A stretch of 64,000 bases of DNA from Eledone cirrhosa (GCA_964016885.1 OZ024746.1:63178001-63242000); one strand, 5' to 3'. Shown: positions 1 to 12,739, numbered from the stretch's first letter. Translations and numbers: made by a program. The notes: a model not told the origin generated them from the sequence alone.

Positions 1-131
1 GTAGCCCTGGTTGAAAGGGGGATATCGTTATCTATTTCTCCTTCTTCTTGTCGTATGACATATGCAGAGTAACTAGAGATGCAAGTTGACACCGACGAGA
101 CAAACCAAGGTGTCATTTGAAGCATTATCTA

Positions 132-655
132 CAGGATGATTGAAAAGTAACTCCCTATTGAATGCCGAAAGGTACCTCACCATGCTGGAAGATGAAATCT
201 GACCAGTTATCAGTACTTGGGAGAATATTTAAGATTTGATGATTTTGCTATTGTTGTTCGTGAATGGCTGAATGCTCACTTCCCTGGGAAATGGATGGGT
301 CGTCGTGGTCTGCATGAGTGGCCAGCCAGAATCCCTGACTTTAAACCATGCGACTTTTTTTCTTTGGAGTTGGTTAAAGGAGCAAATCTACTCTACCAAA
401 CCAACGACTTTGGAAAAACTTGAAGGGCGAATATGAGAAGTTATGTCTTCCATTCCGCAAGAGTTCCTGGTGAAATCAGTTGATGCGGTTCCCGGGTGGC
501 TTGAGAATCTGGTGACGAATGCTGGTGCCCATATTGAATGTTAACTAACACTCCATGCTATACACTTCCTTCTCATATTCATTTCTTGTCAAAATTATAG
601 TTAAGAAATAAATCATAAGAATTTTAAAATAGGGACTTATTTTTCAATCACCCTG
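132..655 (+). mobile_element. Internally deleted Tc1/mariner-superfamily DNA transposon with transposase remnant
   Basis: Imperfect ~28-bp TIRs (CAGGATGATTGAAAAGTAACTCCCTATT ... AATAGGGACTTATTTTTCAATCACCCTG) flanked by TA on both sides. ORF 217-423 reads VREWLNAHFPGKWMGRRGLHEWPARIPDFKPCDFF, matching the WPARSPDLxPxDF catalytic-region motif. Confidence 0.9.
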
Positions 656-1697
656 TATATCAAAGGATCAGAAAGAAATTTTGTAAGAGACTAATAAAAT
701 TATCGAATTATCGTTCACAAAACGAAATAAGTCTATTTGTCGAGAGAATCTAATATGATGTAACTTTTGTTGTCATTATTTTCCTTTTGCTGATGCAAAG
801 CAGCGTTTATTCTCTTAAACTTTAGTGATTTACTTTAATAAAATTAAAGAGACGTATAGTTGATTCAGTCTGCGTGGTTTCGCCCTTTTGTTCAGTTGCC
901 AAATAATTATTTGCCAAATGATTAAGTACAAATATTATTAGTCATATTGAGATGGAAAACTTCCAGCACACAACCACAAAATTTAGATATTGCGTGGAAA
1001 CCACACATACAATTTTGAAGAAGCAATGCGGTAACTTTGAAACATTTTTGTTGTATTTAATTTATGTCTTAATCTTTAAATCAATTTATGTCTATTTTTC
1101 TTTCTTTATTTATTTATTTCTCTCTGTTTATGCTAAAGTCAACGCCGCAAATCGACAAATCCATTCGTAGGCCTTGAACACCAGAGCACAGTGAGGAGGA
1201 GAGGCAGAGGAAGAAACAGCTCAATAGTGAACTGGTTCTTTATTTACCGACCCTAAAAGTATGAAAGGCAGTGTTGACCTTAGAGGGATTGAACTCAAAG
1301 CATAGAAGGCCAAAACAAATACCAAAAAAAAAAAAAAAAAAAAGCAGTCTATCCGAAGTTTTAACGACGCTGCCAGTTAGTCACCTATTCCAAGTAATAT
1401 ACTAAACGCAAAGCAGTACAAACCATGCGATCCAAATCGTTGATCCATCGGTTGTCAGCTTGAGTTTCGAATGTACTGGAAGATGTGAATGTATATTATA
1501 ACTAATTATATAGAAATTAACAAAACAAAGAAATGTTTTTTGATCAGACAAAAATATGAAGAATAATGTGACATCAATTTCTTCCCAATGACGATATCCT
1601 GGCAAGTTAAGTTATTTCAAATTGGACTCGAAACCAAATAGAGAACTTGTCTAAACAAAAGCTTATTTCTAATTCTATTATTAACTGCACACTAAGG

Positions 1698-1915
1698 GCG
1701 GGGGATTGGCAGTATCGGTAGAGAGTCGGACACCATGCTTTGCAGCATAGAGTTACGGTCCTTTACGGTCTGAGTTCAAATCCCGCCGAGTTCAACTTTG
1801 CCTTTCATCCTTACGGGGTCGATAAGATAAAGCACCAGTAACGTACTAGGATCGATTTAATCGACTTTCCCCTCCCCCAAGATTGATGGCCTTGTGCCTA
1901 TATAAGAAACAATTA
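1698..1915 (+). mobile_element. tRNA-derived SINE (dominant family of the window)
   Basis: A-box-like TGGCAGTATCGG, B-box GAGTTCAAATCC, central GCCTTTCATCCTTACGGGGTCGATAA..AGTACCAG domain and (AAT)-type tail. More than 20 related copies or fragments occur in the window. Confidence 0.9.
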
Positions 1916-1974
1916 TTAACTGCACACTAGAAAATACCCTAAGTCGGCCTCGAACCCGGAGACTCATCAGGCCC

Positions 1975-2200
1975 GTGTTTAACCCGGTTCCCGTGATCTT
2001 AAGTGACTGAAAGTACAAGAATTCGCCCTGGACAGGACGCTAGTCCTTCGCAGCTACAGCTGGTATTCATTTTCAGTTGAATATACTGGAACAATGTGAA
2101 ATGAAGTGGCTTGCTCAAGAACACAACACAATCAATAAATCGAACCCACGACATTATGATTGTAAGTCCAACACCCTTACTACTAGGTCACGCGCCTTCA
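1975..2200 (-). mobile_element. CORE-type SINE fragment
   Basis: Reverse strand carries a tRNA-like head and GTGTTCTTGAGCAAGCCACTTCATTTCAC, a CORE-like domain. Related pieces occur at 14790-14965 and 49427-49620. Confidence 0.65.
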
Positions 2201-2219
2201 CTAACTATACATGTTCACA

Positions 2220-2640
2220 CATTGGCAGTATCGGTAGAGCGTCAGACACCTTGCTTTGCAGCATAGAGTTATGTCCCTTTGCGTTCTGAGTTCAAATCCT
2301 GCTGAGGTTAACTTTGCTTTTCATCGTTATGGGTCGATAAAATAAAGTACCAGTAATGCACTGGGGTATTTGCTGGCCTTGTGCCAAAAGTAGAAACAAT
2401 TATTATTGTTGTTTCTTGTTAGGGTGGTGGATTGGCAGACTCGTTAGAGCATCGGACAAAATGTTTTGAGGTATTTGCTCCTGGTCCTTACATTCTGAGT
2501 TTGAATCCCACTGAGGTCAACTTTGCCTTACGTCCGTCCTTCCAAGGTTGATAAAATAAAATACGAACCAAGTGGTGTGGGTTCGATATACTCGATTTTC
2601 TCCTCTCTTCAAAATTTCTGGCCCTGGGTTTAAATTAAAA
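2220..2640 (+). mobile_element. Two adjacent copies of the tRNA-derived SINE
   Basis: Same A/B boxes and central domain as 1698-1915. Confidence 0.85.
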
Positions 2641-3929
2641 GCTTTTTTTATATAGTATATTTATTGTATTTTTGTTGTATTTTTATTGTTGGAAAGCGAT
2701 GGGTGATACAAGAATAAAAAAAAATATTATTTGTACTTTTTTCAACTCTCTTACACAATTGTCTCTGATGAGTCATTGGATGTTATCCATAGCTACCTGC
2801 CCCTTTTAAGCATGTTAACCAAATAATGTTTACGGTTCATTAGCTTTACTCCAACAGAAGGTATGTGAGATAATAGTGATGGCGGTGTCGGTGGCGATGT
2901 TGTTGTTGTTGATGGTGGTGATGGTGATAGTATGATACAAAATCAACAGAAATTCCTTGCTAAATGATGCATGTCACTTCAATTTTTTTCATATAATAAA
3001 GCTATTGAGATAAAAAGCCGAGTGGAGTTTAAGTTTGCTTTAAATTTCGGGTTATTCTTATCGTTTAGTGCACTTGCTTTTTGTGGGCAACTTATATATT
3101 GTTATTTTCTGTGACATTTCAATAACTTATACCCTGTTGACATTCAAATATAATAATTGTTTCTACTTTAGGCACAAGGCCAGCAAGGATGAAAGGCAAA
3201 GTCAACCTCGGCGGGATTTGAACTCAGATCGTAAAGGGCATTCAAATATAATAATGGTTTTTGATTTAGAAACATGGCCAGCAAATATTTTGAAGGAGAA
3301 AGAGCAAAGTTGATTAAATCAACTCTAATACTTGACCGGTTCTTTATTTTATTGACCCTGGTAATAGATTATATAAAACCCGCAAAAGAAGGAATAGTAA
3401 TTGTTTCTAATTTAGGCACAAGGCCAACAATTTTGGGGTTACGGAAAAGTCAATTAGATTGCCTCCAGTGCATTACTGGAGATTTATTTTATTAACCCCT
3501 GATTTAAGCGCAAGAACAACAATTTTACCCCAATAGTTGACTAGTACTTTATTTTATCTACCTCGAAAGAATGAAAGGCAAAGTTGACCTTGACAGGATT
3601 TGAACTCAAAGATCGGAAAGCTGGATTGAATGCCGTTAAGTATCTAGTGACACTCACACGATCCTTGCTAATAAATAGAATCATTTATTGTAGAGATTCT
3701 GAGTTTCAATGAGGTTCATAATTTGAATGAAAGTACATGGCTGGGTGAATAATATGTGTGCTTAAGCGAAATAATTCATGTTTATGGGGATTGGTTAGGA
3801 AGAATGTTTTCATGTCAATTAAACCTCAATCTTGTTTATTATATACACACATACATATTCAAGATGTTCTCACGGACTTTGTATCACTATAAAACGACTG
3901 TATTTTTCTCTGTGACAGAGTGCTGGGTC

Positions 3930-4270
3930 AGCGTGTATATATCATGGGTAAATAGTTAAGAAATTCACAACCATAGGGTACCGGGTTCAATCTAAAAGCG
4001 TGGTACCTTAGGCAGATGTATTTTACCATAGCCGCGGGTCTACCCAAACCTTGTGAATGGAATGGGAAACTGATAGAAACTGTTCAGAATCCCTCCGAGA
4101 ATTCAAAACGCCAGCCTTGTCGCACATCGTGTTACGCTGAATTTCCCTGAAAATTATGTAACTGGTATACATACATGTCTGTAGAATACTCATCCACTTA
4201 TACGTTATAACGAGTACGCTATATCGTGACGAGTACGCTATATCGTGTATACAGTGTAGTAAGCATATTC
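3930..4270 (+). mobile_element. Diverged SINE of a second family
   Basis: tRNA-like head (CCGGGTTCAATC) followed by a GGTACCTTAGGCAGATGT CORE-like segment and CCTTGTGAATGGA. Confidence 0.5.
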
Positions 4271-4353
4271 TGGAGAACCGTATTTGCGTCACGGTTTCAA
4301 TTCTGTGAAAGTAGTTTATTTAAGTATCAACAGCAACATAGAATTGATAAATG

Positions 4354-4590
4354 TGTTCGAACACGGAAGAGCCGAACTCCCACTGTCATCGCCTCCATCT
4401 CTCTCGCCTTCCACATCTCTCTGTATTATGAGCAAACGGGGTCCCACGTGCTGGCCGCCCCACGGTCCCGGCGGACAGAATGGAGATGGCGTTTCCCCGG
4501 AGGATGGTAAGGGAGATGCGCTGGAAGAGCCATTCCATCTCGCGAGGCTCACACCTGCGGCTAGCCAGCTCAGCGCCTATGGTGGTAAGT
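4354..4590 (-). mobile_element. 3' fragment of CRE-type non-LTR retrotransposon (RLE C-terminus)
   Basis: Minus-strand translation IGAELASRRCEPREMEWLFQRISLTILRGNAISIL...* (stop at 4386-4388) matches the FQRxSxAxxRGNA C-terminal signature of CRE-clade proteins. Confidence 0.8.
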
Positions 4591-4604
4591 AGGGAGGTAG
4601 CCCT

Positions 4605-5217
4605 AGGGCCGTAACTCTATGCCACAAACCATTTTGACTGGCGCTCTACCGATCCTACCAATCCACCTCCATTTTGTTAGCTAATAATTGTTTCTACTTT
4701 AGGCACAAGGCCAGCAATTTGAAGGGGAGGGGAAAGTCGATTAAATCGACCCCAGTGTATTACTGGTGCTTTATTTTATCGATCCCTCGGCGGGAGTTGA
4801 AATCAGAACGCAAAGGGCCGTAACTCTATGCTAAAACCCACTTTGACTGGCGCTCTACTGATTCTACCAATCCACCGCCCTTTTGTTAGTTAATAATAAT
4901 TGTTTCTACTTTTGGCACAAGGCCAGCAATTACCCAGTGCATTACTGGTACTTTATTTTATCGACCCCGTAAGGATGAAAGGCAAAGTTAACCTCGGCGG
5001 GTTTTGAACTCAGATCGTAAAGGGACGTAACTATGCTGGAAAGCATGGCGTCCGACCCTCCACCGATACTGCCAATCCACCTTTTGTTAGTTAATAATAA
5101 TTGTTTCTACTTTTGGCACAAGGCCAGCAATTACCCAGTACATTACTGGTACTTTATTTTATCGACCCCGTAAGGATGAAAGGCAAAGTTAACCTCAGCG
5201 GGATTTGAACTCAGAAT
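4605..5217 (-). repeat. Head-to-tail array of about 3.5 SINE copies
   Basis: Successive minus-strand SINE copies are joined by the same linker, TTTTGTTAG(C/T)TAATAA. Confidence 0.85.
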
Positions 5218-5349
5218 GATAGTTAGTTAATAATAATGATAATAATAAAGAAAAGAAATGTGTTAATCATTTGGCTAATGGCAGTAACTTGTAACACGGG
5301 GAGTTGTCGTATTAATTGATCGTTTTCTATAACGTTCGATTATATCAAT

Positions 5350-5403
5350 ATATTTATATATATGTGTGTGTGTGCGTGCGTGCGTGCATATATGTGTGTG
5401 TAC

Positions 5404-5458
<55 letters not shown>

Positions 5459-5521
5459 CATGTGTGTGTGTGTGTGTGTGTGTGTGCCTGTGCGTGCATA
5501 TATATATATATATGTGTGTGT

Positions 5522-5558
<37 letters not shown>

Positions 5559-5613
5559 TGTGCGTGCATATATATATATGTGTGTGTGGGTGTGGGTGTG
5601 GGGGTGTTTGTGG

Positions 5614-5650
<37 letters not shown>

Positions 5651-5707
5651 TGCGTGCATATATATATATGTGTGTGTGCGGGTGGGTGTGGGTGTGTGTG
5701 TGTGTGT

Positions 5708-5762
<55 letters not shown>
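5350..5762. repeat. Compound (TG)n/(TA)n microsatellite
   Basis: Directly visible; it explains the HT/VC/YI ORFs at 5275-5878. Confidence 0.98.
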
Positions 5763-5765
<3 letters not shown>

Positions 5766-5860
5766 AGTGTCTCAAAAAATGTATACACACTTTGATTACC
5801 TGTACAGGCAATATTTATTAGAATGCTGTTGAAGTGTGTATACATTTTTGGGACACCTTG
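5763..5860 (-). mobile_element. ~100-bp Tc1/mariner-type MITE
   Basis: TIRs CAG(A/G)GTGTC(T/C)CAAAAA..TGTATACACACTT with TA at the right flank. It is an inverted homologue of 6482-6580. Confidence 0.85.
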
Positions 5861-6105
5861 TATATAACAAAGCAACAACTATTTGCATAATTATTCATTA
5901 ACACCTTTAATATCCAAACTAAAATAATGTGTGTAGTGTGTGTGTGGGGGGGGGGGTGAATAATAATGAGGGCGGGGGGAGGGGCTGAACAGTTTGTCTA
6001 AATGTGAAGTTAGAAAATGTATTCAGAATAGTCATTATTTTAGTTCTGAGTGCAAAGATATTGTTATTGCTGAGAGAAAACAAAACCGTGACGAATAATA
6101 ATATA

Positions 6106-6420
6106 CAAGATCGGAACGTCGGCGGCTCGTCTGAGGAGGGAGGGAACCCCGCGAAGTTGGGTGGCTGTTGCAGCGGGTATCGCTGACCATCGTCTGCGGG
6201 AATGCTTTTGCCGTCTTGTTGTCCGCAGGATGCAGCACTTCTGCCTTTTTGCCCTAGGCCCAAAACCTGATCTCCCCCCCCCCTCTCTCTTCTGCGCCAC
6301 CAGAGCTCTTCTCATCCCCTCCCCTTTCCAATCTTTTTCTTCTTTCTTTTTCTCTTTTTTTCTCTATATTTCCCTATTTTTTTTCTTTCCTATTGTTTCC
6401 TTTTTTTTTATTAATAATTA
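6106..6420 (+). mobile_element. 3' fragment of CRE-type non-LTR retrotransposon
   Basis: KIGTSAARLRR / REPREVGWLLQRVSLTIVCGNAFAVLL...* (one frameshift, stop 6255-6257), then a pyrimidine-rich 3' UTR ending TTAATAATTA. Homologous to 10510-10890. Confidence 0.8.
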
Positions 6421-6481
6421 TACGTGGAAACTACCGCATATTCGCGGAATCGTGAATATCTTTCGCAATTTTTTTTATATA

Positions 6482-6580
6482 CAGGGTGTCCCAAAAAATG
6501 TATACACACTTTAACAGTATTTTAATATATATTGCCTTACAAGTAATGAAAGTGCGTATACATTTTTGGAAGACACCCTG
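6482..6580 (+). mobile_element. ~100-bp Tc1/mariner-type MITE
   Basis: TA-CAGGGTGTCCCAAAAAATGTATACACACTT ... AAGTGCGTATACATTTTTGGAAGACACCCTG-TA. Confidence 0.9.
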
Positions 6581-7130
6581 TATATTAAAACAAAACAAAA
6601 TGGAATATATGTATGTATGGACCTGTACGCAGGGGTGACGTTGTAACATACTGCTTGTCTTGGACATTTTAAACCTGGAGGAGTCCATCTCCTCTTCAAG
6701 TCTCAGACTTGCTAACCTCTACTAAAAACCCAAACGGCGAGTAGCATGAAAATAAGTGCCCCAAAACGAGGAGAAATGAGGCAAAATGGGGAGATTTTAC
6801 ATAATGAAAGCTATACCCATTTTCACCAGAGAAAACATCTCTCACCTACCCCAAAGTGGGTGGTCTGAACACAGCTGAATTATTTCTAGAGAAGGGAGAT
6901 CTCCCCGTCGGACAGGGAGAGTTGACACAAAGAGAGTGGAGTAGAAAAAAAGAGTGTGTGTGTGAGAGAGAGTGATAAAAAGGAAGTAAGAAAGAGTTAT
7001 AGAGAGAGAATCAACCCCCAGAACTGAAAAGGTACTTTTTTTCATCGACCTCGAAAAGGTGAAAGACAAAGTTTACCTGGTTGGGAGATTTGAACTCGGG
7101 GCGTAAAGAGCCGAAATGAATGCCATAAAG

Positions 7131-7240
7131 CAGGCATGTCAAATATGCGGCCCGCAGCATATCTTTGTAATATAAAATGAAAAAAAATAGTTGAATGTGC
7201 ACAATTAGTTGTCGTGTGTGGCCCTCGGTTGACATGCCTG
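7131..7240. mobile_element. hAT-type MITE nested in a SINE
   Basis: TIRs CAGGCATGTCAA / TTGACATGCCTG and GCGGCCCGC subterminal motifs. It splits a minus-strand SINE (about 7010-7290). Confidence 0.8.
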
Positions 7241-8129
7241 ACGTAATGTTTTCTATTCGGCGTTTTAACGATTCTGCCAATTTGCCACCTAGAGAATTAA
7301 TACCACGTCTCAATCTCAGTTGACTGAGAGGTTAACCCATCGTTTTATTCTAATCAACAGCCACTCTTAAACGGACCTGCGATTATATAAACTTAATGAT
7401 TTTGTCAACAATTCGTGGGCAAGTGGAAAGTTGATTAAATCGACCCCAGGACTTGAATGGCACATTATTTTATCGATCTTTTAAGGATGAAAAAGCAAAA
7501 CTGTCAAAGATTAAATTTAAAAAAAAAAAACGAAAACATTATTTCTAATCATTCACATTAAAAAAAATTTTTTTTTATTTTTTTCTTAATTAAAAAAATT
7601 TTTTTAGAATATATTTTGTGTGTAATGTTAGTGTGTAATAAATGTGTGTGTATGTGTGTATGTGTATGTATGTTCGTGTGTGAATGTGTATGCGTGTGTA
7701 TTTGTATGTATGTATGTGTGAGTGAGTGTGTTTTTTGTGTGTGAGTGTGTGTATGTATGTGTGTGTATATGTGTACGAGTGTGTGGGGGAGGGGGCAGGG
7801 CAGAAAGGTGGAATCCACCCGTTTCCTTTTCTGTTGCAATTTTGTTAAAGAAATCAAACAATAATAGCAATTGTAGTTTCTCTAAAATAACAGATCAATA
7901 TGTGTGAGTGACAATGGGAGAAATGATGTACTTAAAGGAACCCTAGAATATAATCATTCCTGCTACACTCAACAAATCGAATGTATTAATGGTGAGGTGA
8001 GAGGGTATATATTACTCAGCCATCAAACCACTCTTAAATGGATGTAAAAAGTAAACAGAAATAACAAAGCAAACGACACTGTACATTAAAGAAATATATT
8101 AGTTTAACGCTTGAAATAGCAGGAAAAGA

Positions 8130-8167
8130 ATCTTAACGTTTCGGACACTAGTCCTTCATCAGAAGAT
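8130..8167 (-). ncRNA. Minimal type I hammerhead ribozyme
   Basis: Minus strand: AUCUU-CUGAUGA-A-GGAC uagu GUCC-GAAA-CG-UU-AAGAU. Stem I is 5 bp, stem II is 4 bp, and stem III is a palindromic AACGUU. Confidence 0.8.
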
Positions 8168-8269
8168 AGAATTAAAAATAGAAGATAAATAGAAAGATAA
8201 ACAGCGAGAAGAAGGAGGAACGGGGCGGGAGTCAGAAAAGATAAATGAATCCGGAGTAAGTTGACTTAT

Positions 8270-8800
8270 AATTGTTTCTACTTTTGGCATAAGGCCAGCA
8301 ATTACCCAGTGCATTACTGGTACTTTATTTTATCGACCCAGTAAGGATGAAAGGCAAAGTTAACCTCGGCGTGATTTTAACTCAGACCGTAAAGGGACGT
8401 AACTATGTTGGAAAGCATGGCGTCCGACTCTCTACCGATATTGCCAATAATGATTTCTGATTTAGGTCCAAAGCCACCAATCAGTGGGGATGGAGAAAGT
8501 CGATTAAATAGACCACAGTACATGACTGGTACTTTATTTTAGCGAACTTGGAAGGATGAAAAGCAAAGTTGACCTCAGCAGGGTTTTAATACAGAACGTA
8601 GCGAGCCAGAACAAATAATGGTTTTTGATTTAGGCACAAGGCCAACAATTTGGTGGGAGGGGAAAAGTCGACTAAATCAACCCCAGTGTATTACTGGTAC
8701 TTTATTTTATTGACCCCCCAGGCAAAGCTAACCTCGGCAGAATTTAAACTCAGATCTTAAAAGGCCGTAACTCTATGCTGCGAAGCATGGTGTCCCACGC
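8270..8800 (-). mobile_element. Cluster of three SINE copies
   Basis: Same family as 1698-1915, in reverse orientation. Confidence 0.85.
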
Positions 8801-8839
8801 TCAACATAATATCCCATAATGCCCACATATTACATCATA

Positions 8840-8884
8840 TTACACACAAATACACATACACACAAACACACATACACACACATA

Positions 8885-8921
<37 letters not shown>

Positions 8922-9046
8922 ACACACACACACACAAACACACACATACACACACATACAAACACACACACACACATACAAACACACACACACACACACG
9001 AACACACACATACACACACATACATACACACATACAAACACACACA
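8840..9046. repeat. Interrupted (CA)n microsatellite
   Basis: Directly visible. Confidence 0.98.
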
Positions 9047-9202
9047 AGGGCGTTCAAAATGACAGTGAACCCAAATAATTGTTTTATTTTATTGTCAGTT
9101 GGCATATAAATGCTTGTATTTTGTTTTCCTAAAAAGACTAGCCATATTTAGTGTTCCTGATATTTTATTATAATTGACATTTCAGAAGAAATAGAAAACA
9201 AA

Positions 9203-9395
9203 CCATCCACCGGGGAAACACCTTCTCCATTCTGTTCGCCGGAGCCGTGGGGTGGCCAGCACGTGAGACCCCATTTGCTCATAATACAGAGAGATGGGGA
9301 GGTCGAAAGAGACGGAGGCGATGACAGTGAGAGTTCGGCCTCTTCTGTGTTCGGACCTGGTGTGCAGCGTCAGTTGTCCGTAGGGAGGTAGTGAT
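9203..9395 (+). mobile_element. 3' fragment of CRE-type retrotransposon (same subfamily as 4354-4590)
   Basis: IHRGNTFSILFAGAVGWPARETPFAHNTERWGGRKRRRR* aligns with the 4354-4590 copy. It is followed by (TA)n. Confidence 0.75.
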
Positions 9396-9750
9396 TCATA
9401 TAAATATATATATTTATATATATATATATATATATATACAACGAAGGAAATGTGGTAAGGAAGCAGATAGACCATAACGCACCAAAGTACTCAATACTTA
9501 GGGTAGTAGAGTGGGTAATAGGAACAAGTATGACCCCGACGGCAGAGCTGAAGCCGTTTCGACGACTAATTCTGGATTTAGCCGTCGAATAATTGCTGGC
9601 CTTGTGCCAAAAGTAGAAACAATTATATTATATTGAAGAAGCTGTGTGTCCCGACTAACAGAAATGAAGGATCGTATGAAGGAACAACAATCTCCCTTAG
9701 TCAGTCATGATTTACTAGCTCTATACGAACGTTTAAATTGATTGGACAAA

Positions 9751-9781
<31 letters not shown>

Positions 9782-9849
9782 GCAATTATTTCATAAATCC
9801 TTGTATTTATTGAACAAAAGTTATAAAATGAAGCAATTGGCGTTGGCTT

Positions 9850-10500
9850 ATGAAATTCAGAATCACTGCATTATTATTGACTTGTTAGGTTGTGCGGAAG
9901 ACTGCGCCGCAGTAAATCTATGATCGCATGCAGAATAGTAGAGTCAGCTGAAAAGTTCATAGGCTGACTATGAGGGAGTGATGCTAGGGCTGTGAAATCT
10001 TGCATGTGTTAATTTCAACTTTTCTTATTAATAACTGCATTGTTTCTTTCTCAGGAACTATGTTGAAAAATAAACCTCTTTTGGTCATTCCACGAGAGTA
10101 TCTTGGTCAACCTATAAAGAAGTGACGCTAGAGCTTTGAAATCTTGCATACATTCATTTCAACTTTTCTTATTAATAACTGCATTGTTTCTTTCCGGGGA
10201 CTATGTTGAAAAATAAACCTCATTTGGTCATTCCACGAGAGTATCTTGGTCAGCCTATGGACTTTTCAGCCGACTCTCATATGTACCATGGAGACCTCCC
10301 TTCATATGCCACAGTCCAATGTTGTGTTGTTGAATGTTACTAAGAGAAAAGAAACAATTGAAAGTGAACTAAGATCTTGATGGGGAAGTGACTTCGGGGG
10401 AAAGCATCATTACTGTTGAGTATCTTATAAAGGAAGATCAACGGGTGCCAGTGTGAGAAAAAGAACACAATTTAGGAGTTGGTTTGGCCACAGTTGAACA
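9850..10500 (+). pseudogene. Decayed mariner transposase N-terminus interrupted by a MITE
   Basis: RKTAPQ*IYDRMQN [insertion] YHGDLPSYATV...ETIESELRS...IITVEYLIKEDQRV resembles the mariner HTH region (IYxRMxxVYGDxxPSYxTV...EDxPRSGRP...EDRRV). Confidence 0.6.
9941..10276. mobile_element. Mariner-type MITE with internal ~143-bp tandem duplication
   Basis: TIRs GAGTCAGCTGAAAAGTTCATAGGCTGAC / GTCAGCCTATGGACTTTTCAGCCGACTC. Internal segments 9976-10116 and 10120-10259 are direct repeats. Confidence 0.85.
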
Positions 10501-10509
10501 AATCATTCG

Positions 10510-10890
10510 CTAACGACAAACAAATACCGGGGATTGTTCGACCGCTTCCTCTTCGCACCAGTCACCGTCGAGACCTCAGGCGTCCACGGACCCCGTACTG
10601 CCGAACTCCTCCGCAAGATCGAAACGTTAGCACCCCCGTCTGGAGAAGGAGCCCTGTGGGTGGGGTGGCTGTTGTAGAGTGTCGCTGGCTATTGTCCACG
10701 GAAATACTTCTGCAGTTTTGTTCGCGAGTAACAGCCCCAGCACCGCCGCGCGCTAGGCTCAGAGCCCATCATCCTCTCCCCTTCCCCCTCTTTTTCTTCT
10801 GTGGCTCTAGAGTCCTTGCTTTTATTCTCCTTTTCCTTTTATCTATCGATCTATCTGCCGCATTATATATTTCTCAGTCGTTAATAATTA
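10510..10890 (+). mobile_element. 3' fragment of CRE-type retrotransposon
   Basis: KYRGLFDRFLFAPVTVETSGVHGPRTAELLRKI matches the RLE KxxKY...FxPxAxETxGxxG motif. The 3' UTR is homologous to 6106-6420. Confidence 0.85.
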
Positions 10891-11704
10891 GTCTTTGAGC
10901 ATATATGACATATATGCTCTACCAACTTTAAAAAAGGTTTCTAATTTAGCGAGAAGGCCAATAATTTGTAGGGAGGAGAGGTCGATTACATCGACCCCAA
11001 TGTAAGATTAGTACTTTATTTTATCGATCCGGAGGTCTGTAGCAAAATTCATTTAAACCATTGGTTCTCAAACAGAGATTACAAGCCTCTTGAGGGTCCA
11101 TATAAGAATTTTTGGAGTCTACGCAAGCAAAATATTAAATTCGGAATCAATAGTAGTAATTTAGGATTTCCATGAAAATACTTTAAATATTTCAAAAAGG
11201 CGCCGTAAGTAAAAGGTACACATAAAACAACAGCATTATCATGGCTCGGAATGCCTTTGATATCAAGTCTGCTTTGTCAGCAGTGATTTATTGTTAAACA
11301 GTAACATTAACAATAACAACAACAACGACAACAGCAACAGCAACAGTTCTCGAAATCATGCTCAAGTCTGGTCTCAAAATATCAGATTAATGGAGGAGCG
11401 GAGAATGTGAGTTATGACTGTTCTGCTTTTCACAAAGGTATTAACTACATATATGAAATATTTTCTAGTTGGTTACAACTTGAAACTAAACCGGGTTGGC
11501 GGCCACGGTCCACCGGAAGTTAATTTCTATATTACAACGTTCATTAACGTGGTATGTATGTATATGTATGTGTGTATGTATGTACGTACATATGTATGTA
11601 TATACGTACATATGTATGTATGTAAGTACGTATGTATGCATGCGTGTGTGTATGTATATACGTATATATGTACGTACGACCGTACGATTGTAGCATGTAC
11701 AGTA

Positions 11705-12015
11705 TGTATGTTCTTCTGGTTTTATAATTTCACAAAGTTTTACCAATAGAGAGAGAGTCAGTTTCTAACATAGACACGAGACTCTCATTGGAATTTACAC
11801 AACATCAACTAGGTAGATATGTCTGCATGTCTGCATGCATGCATGTGTAGATATGGATGTTATTGTATGTGTGGATGTGGATGTTTTGAGTTGTATGTGT
11901 GTATGTGTATATGCTTAGTATCTATACGTGTATATGCAGTTATTAGATGCAACATTTTTGGAATGTTTTACATATTTTTACTGTTCCATTAATGGATTGT
12001 ACTTGAAATTGTAAT
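11705..12015. repeat. Interspersed repeat embedded in (TATG)n; second copy at 22170-22470
   Basis: Near-identical TTCTTCTGGTTTTATAATTTCACAAAG...GGATTGTACTTG segments, both flanked by (TATG)n. Confidence 0.8.
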
Positions 12016-12694
12016 TATGTATGTATGTATGTATGTATGTATGTATGTATGTATGTATGTATGTATGTATGTATGTATGTATGTATGAACCCATAACTCC
12101 TAGAGAAGTCGTATGAGCGTCGTACTGTCCTTTTTAAAACCTAGCGGAGCCCATCTCCCCTCCAAGTCTGAACACAGCTAATATCTTCAAGGGAAAGAGA
12201 GGGACCTGCCAACCTATAAAAATCCAAACAGGGAGTACCATGAAAAGAAGTGCCCCAAATCGGGGAGAAATGAGGCAAAATGGCGAGATTTTACATAATG
12301 AAAGCTATACCCATTTTCATAAGAGTAGACATCTCTCACCCACCCCAAAGTGGGTGGTCTGAACACAGCTGAATTTTTTCCAGAAAAGGGTGTGAGAGAG
12401 AGGCGGTGTGGGGAGAGTCAACACCAGTACTGGACTGGTACTTTGTTTATTGACCGCGAAAGGATGAAAAGTAAAGTTGACTTTAACGGGATTTGAACTC
12501 AGTGAGCAGAGAGCCGAAATGAACACCGTGAAGCATTTTATCTGACGTTGTAAAGATTAGCCACCTTCGTTACATGGTAAATACATTTTTTTTTTTTATC
12601 ATTGTGGTTTTCTTAATGCCCTGATCGATAAAGGTGATTGCGGAATTATGACGTCAGCATGTCTTCTGTCAGATCTGGAGACGGATATGGAATA

Positions 12695-12739
12695 TTTTGT
12701 TGTTGTTGTTGTTATGGCAGCAGCAGCAGTAGTAGCAGT

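Noticed and set aside
1698-1790. tRNA-like A/B boxes in many places
   Set aside because: They are SINE heads that continue into the SINE body, with no complete cloverleaf. No true tRNA or rRNA gene was seen.
1945-2800. CTGATGA motifs at ~1965 (-) and 2765 (+), also 39383 and 46081
   Set aside because: No correctly placed GAAA or closing stems, so they were not called as hammerheads.
5275-5878. Long ORFs (150-270 aa) here and at 8819, 16854, 32662-33517, 42095 and 61887
   Set aside because: They are translations of dinucleotide or short-unit repeats (HT, VC, YI runs), open in several frames on both strands.
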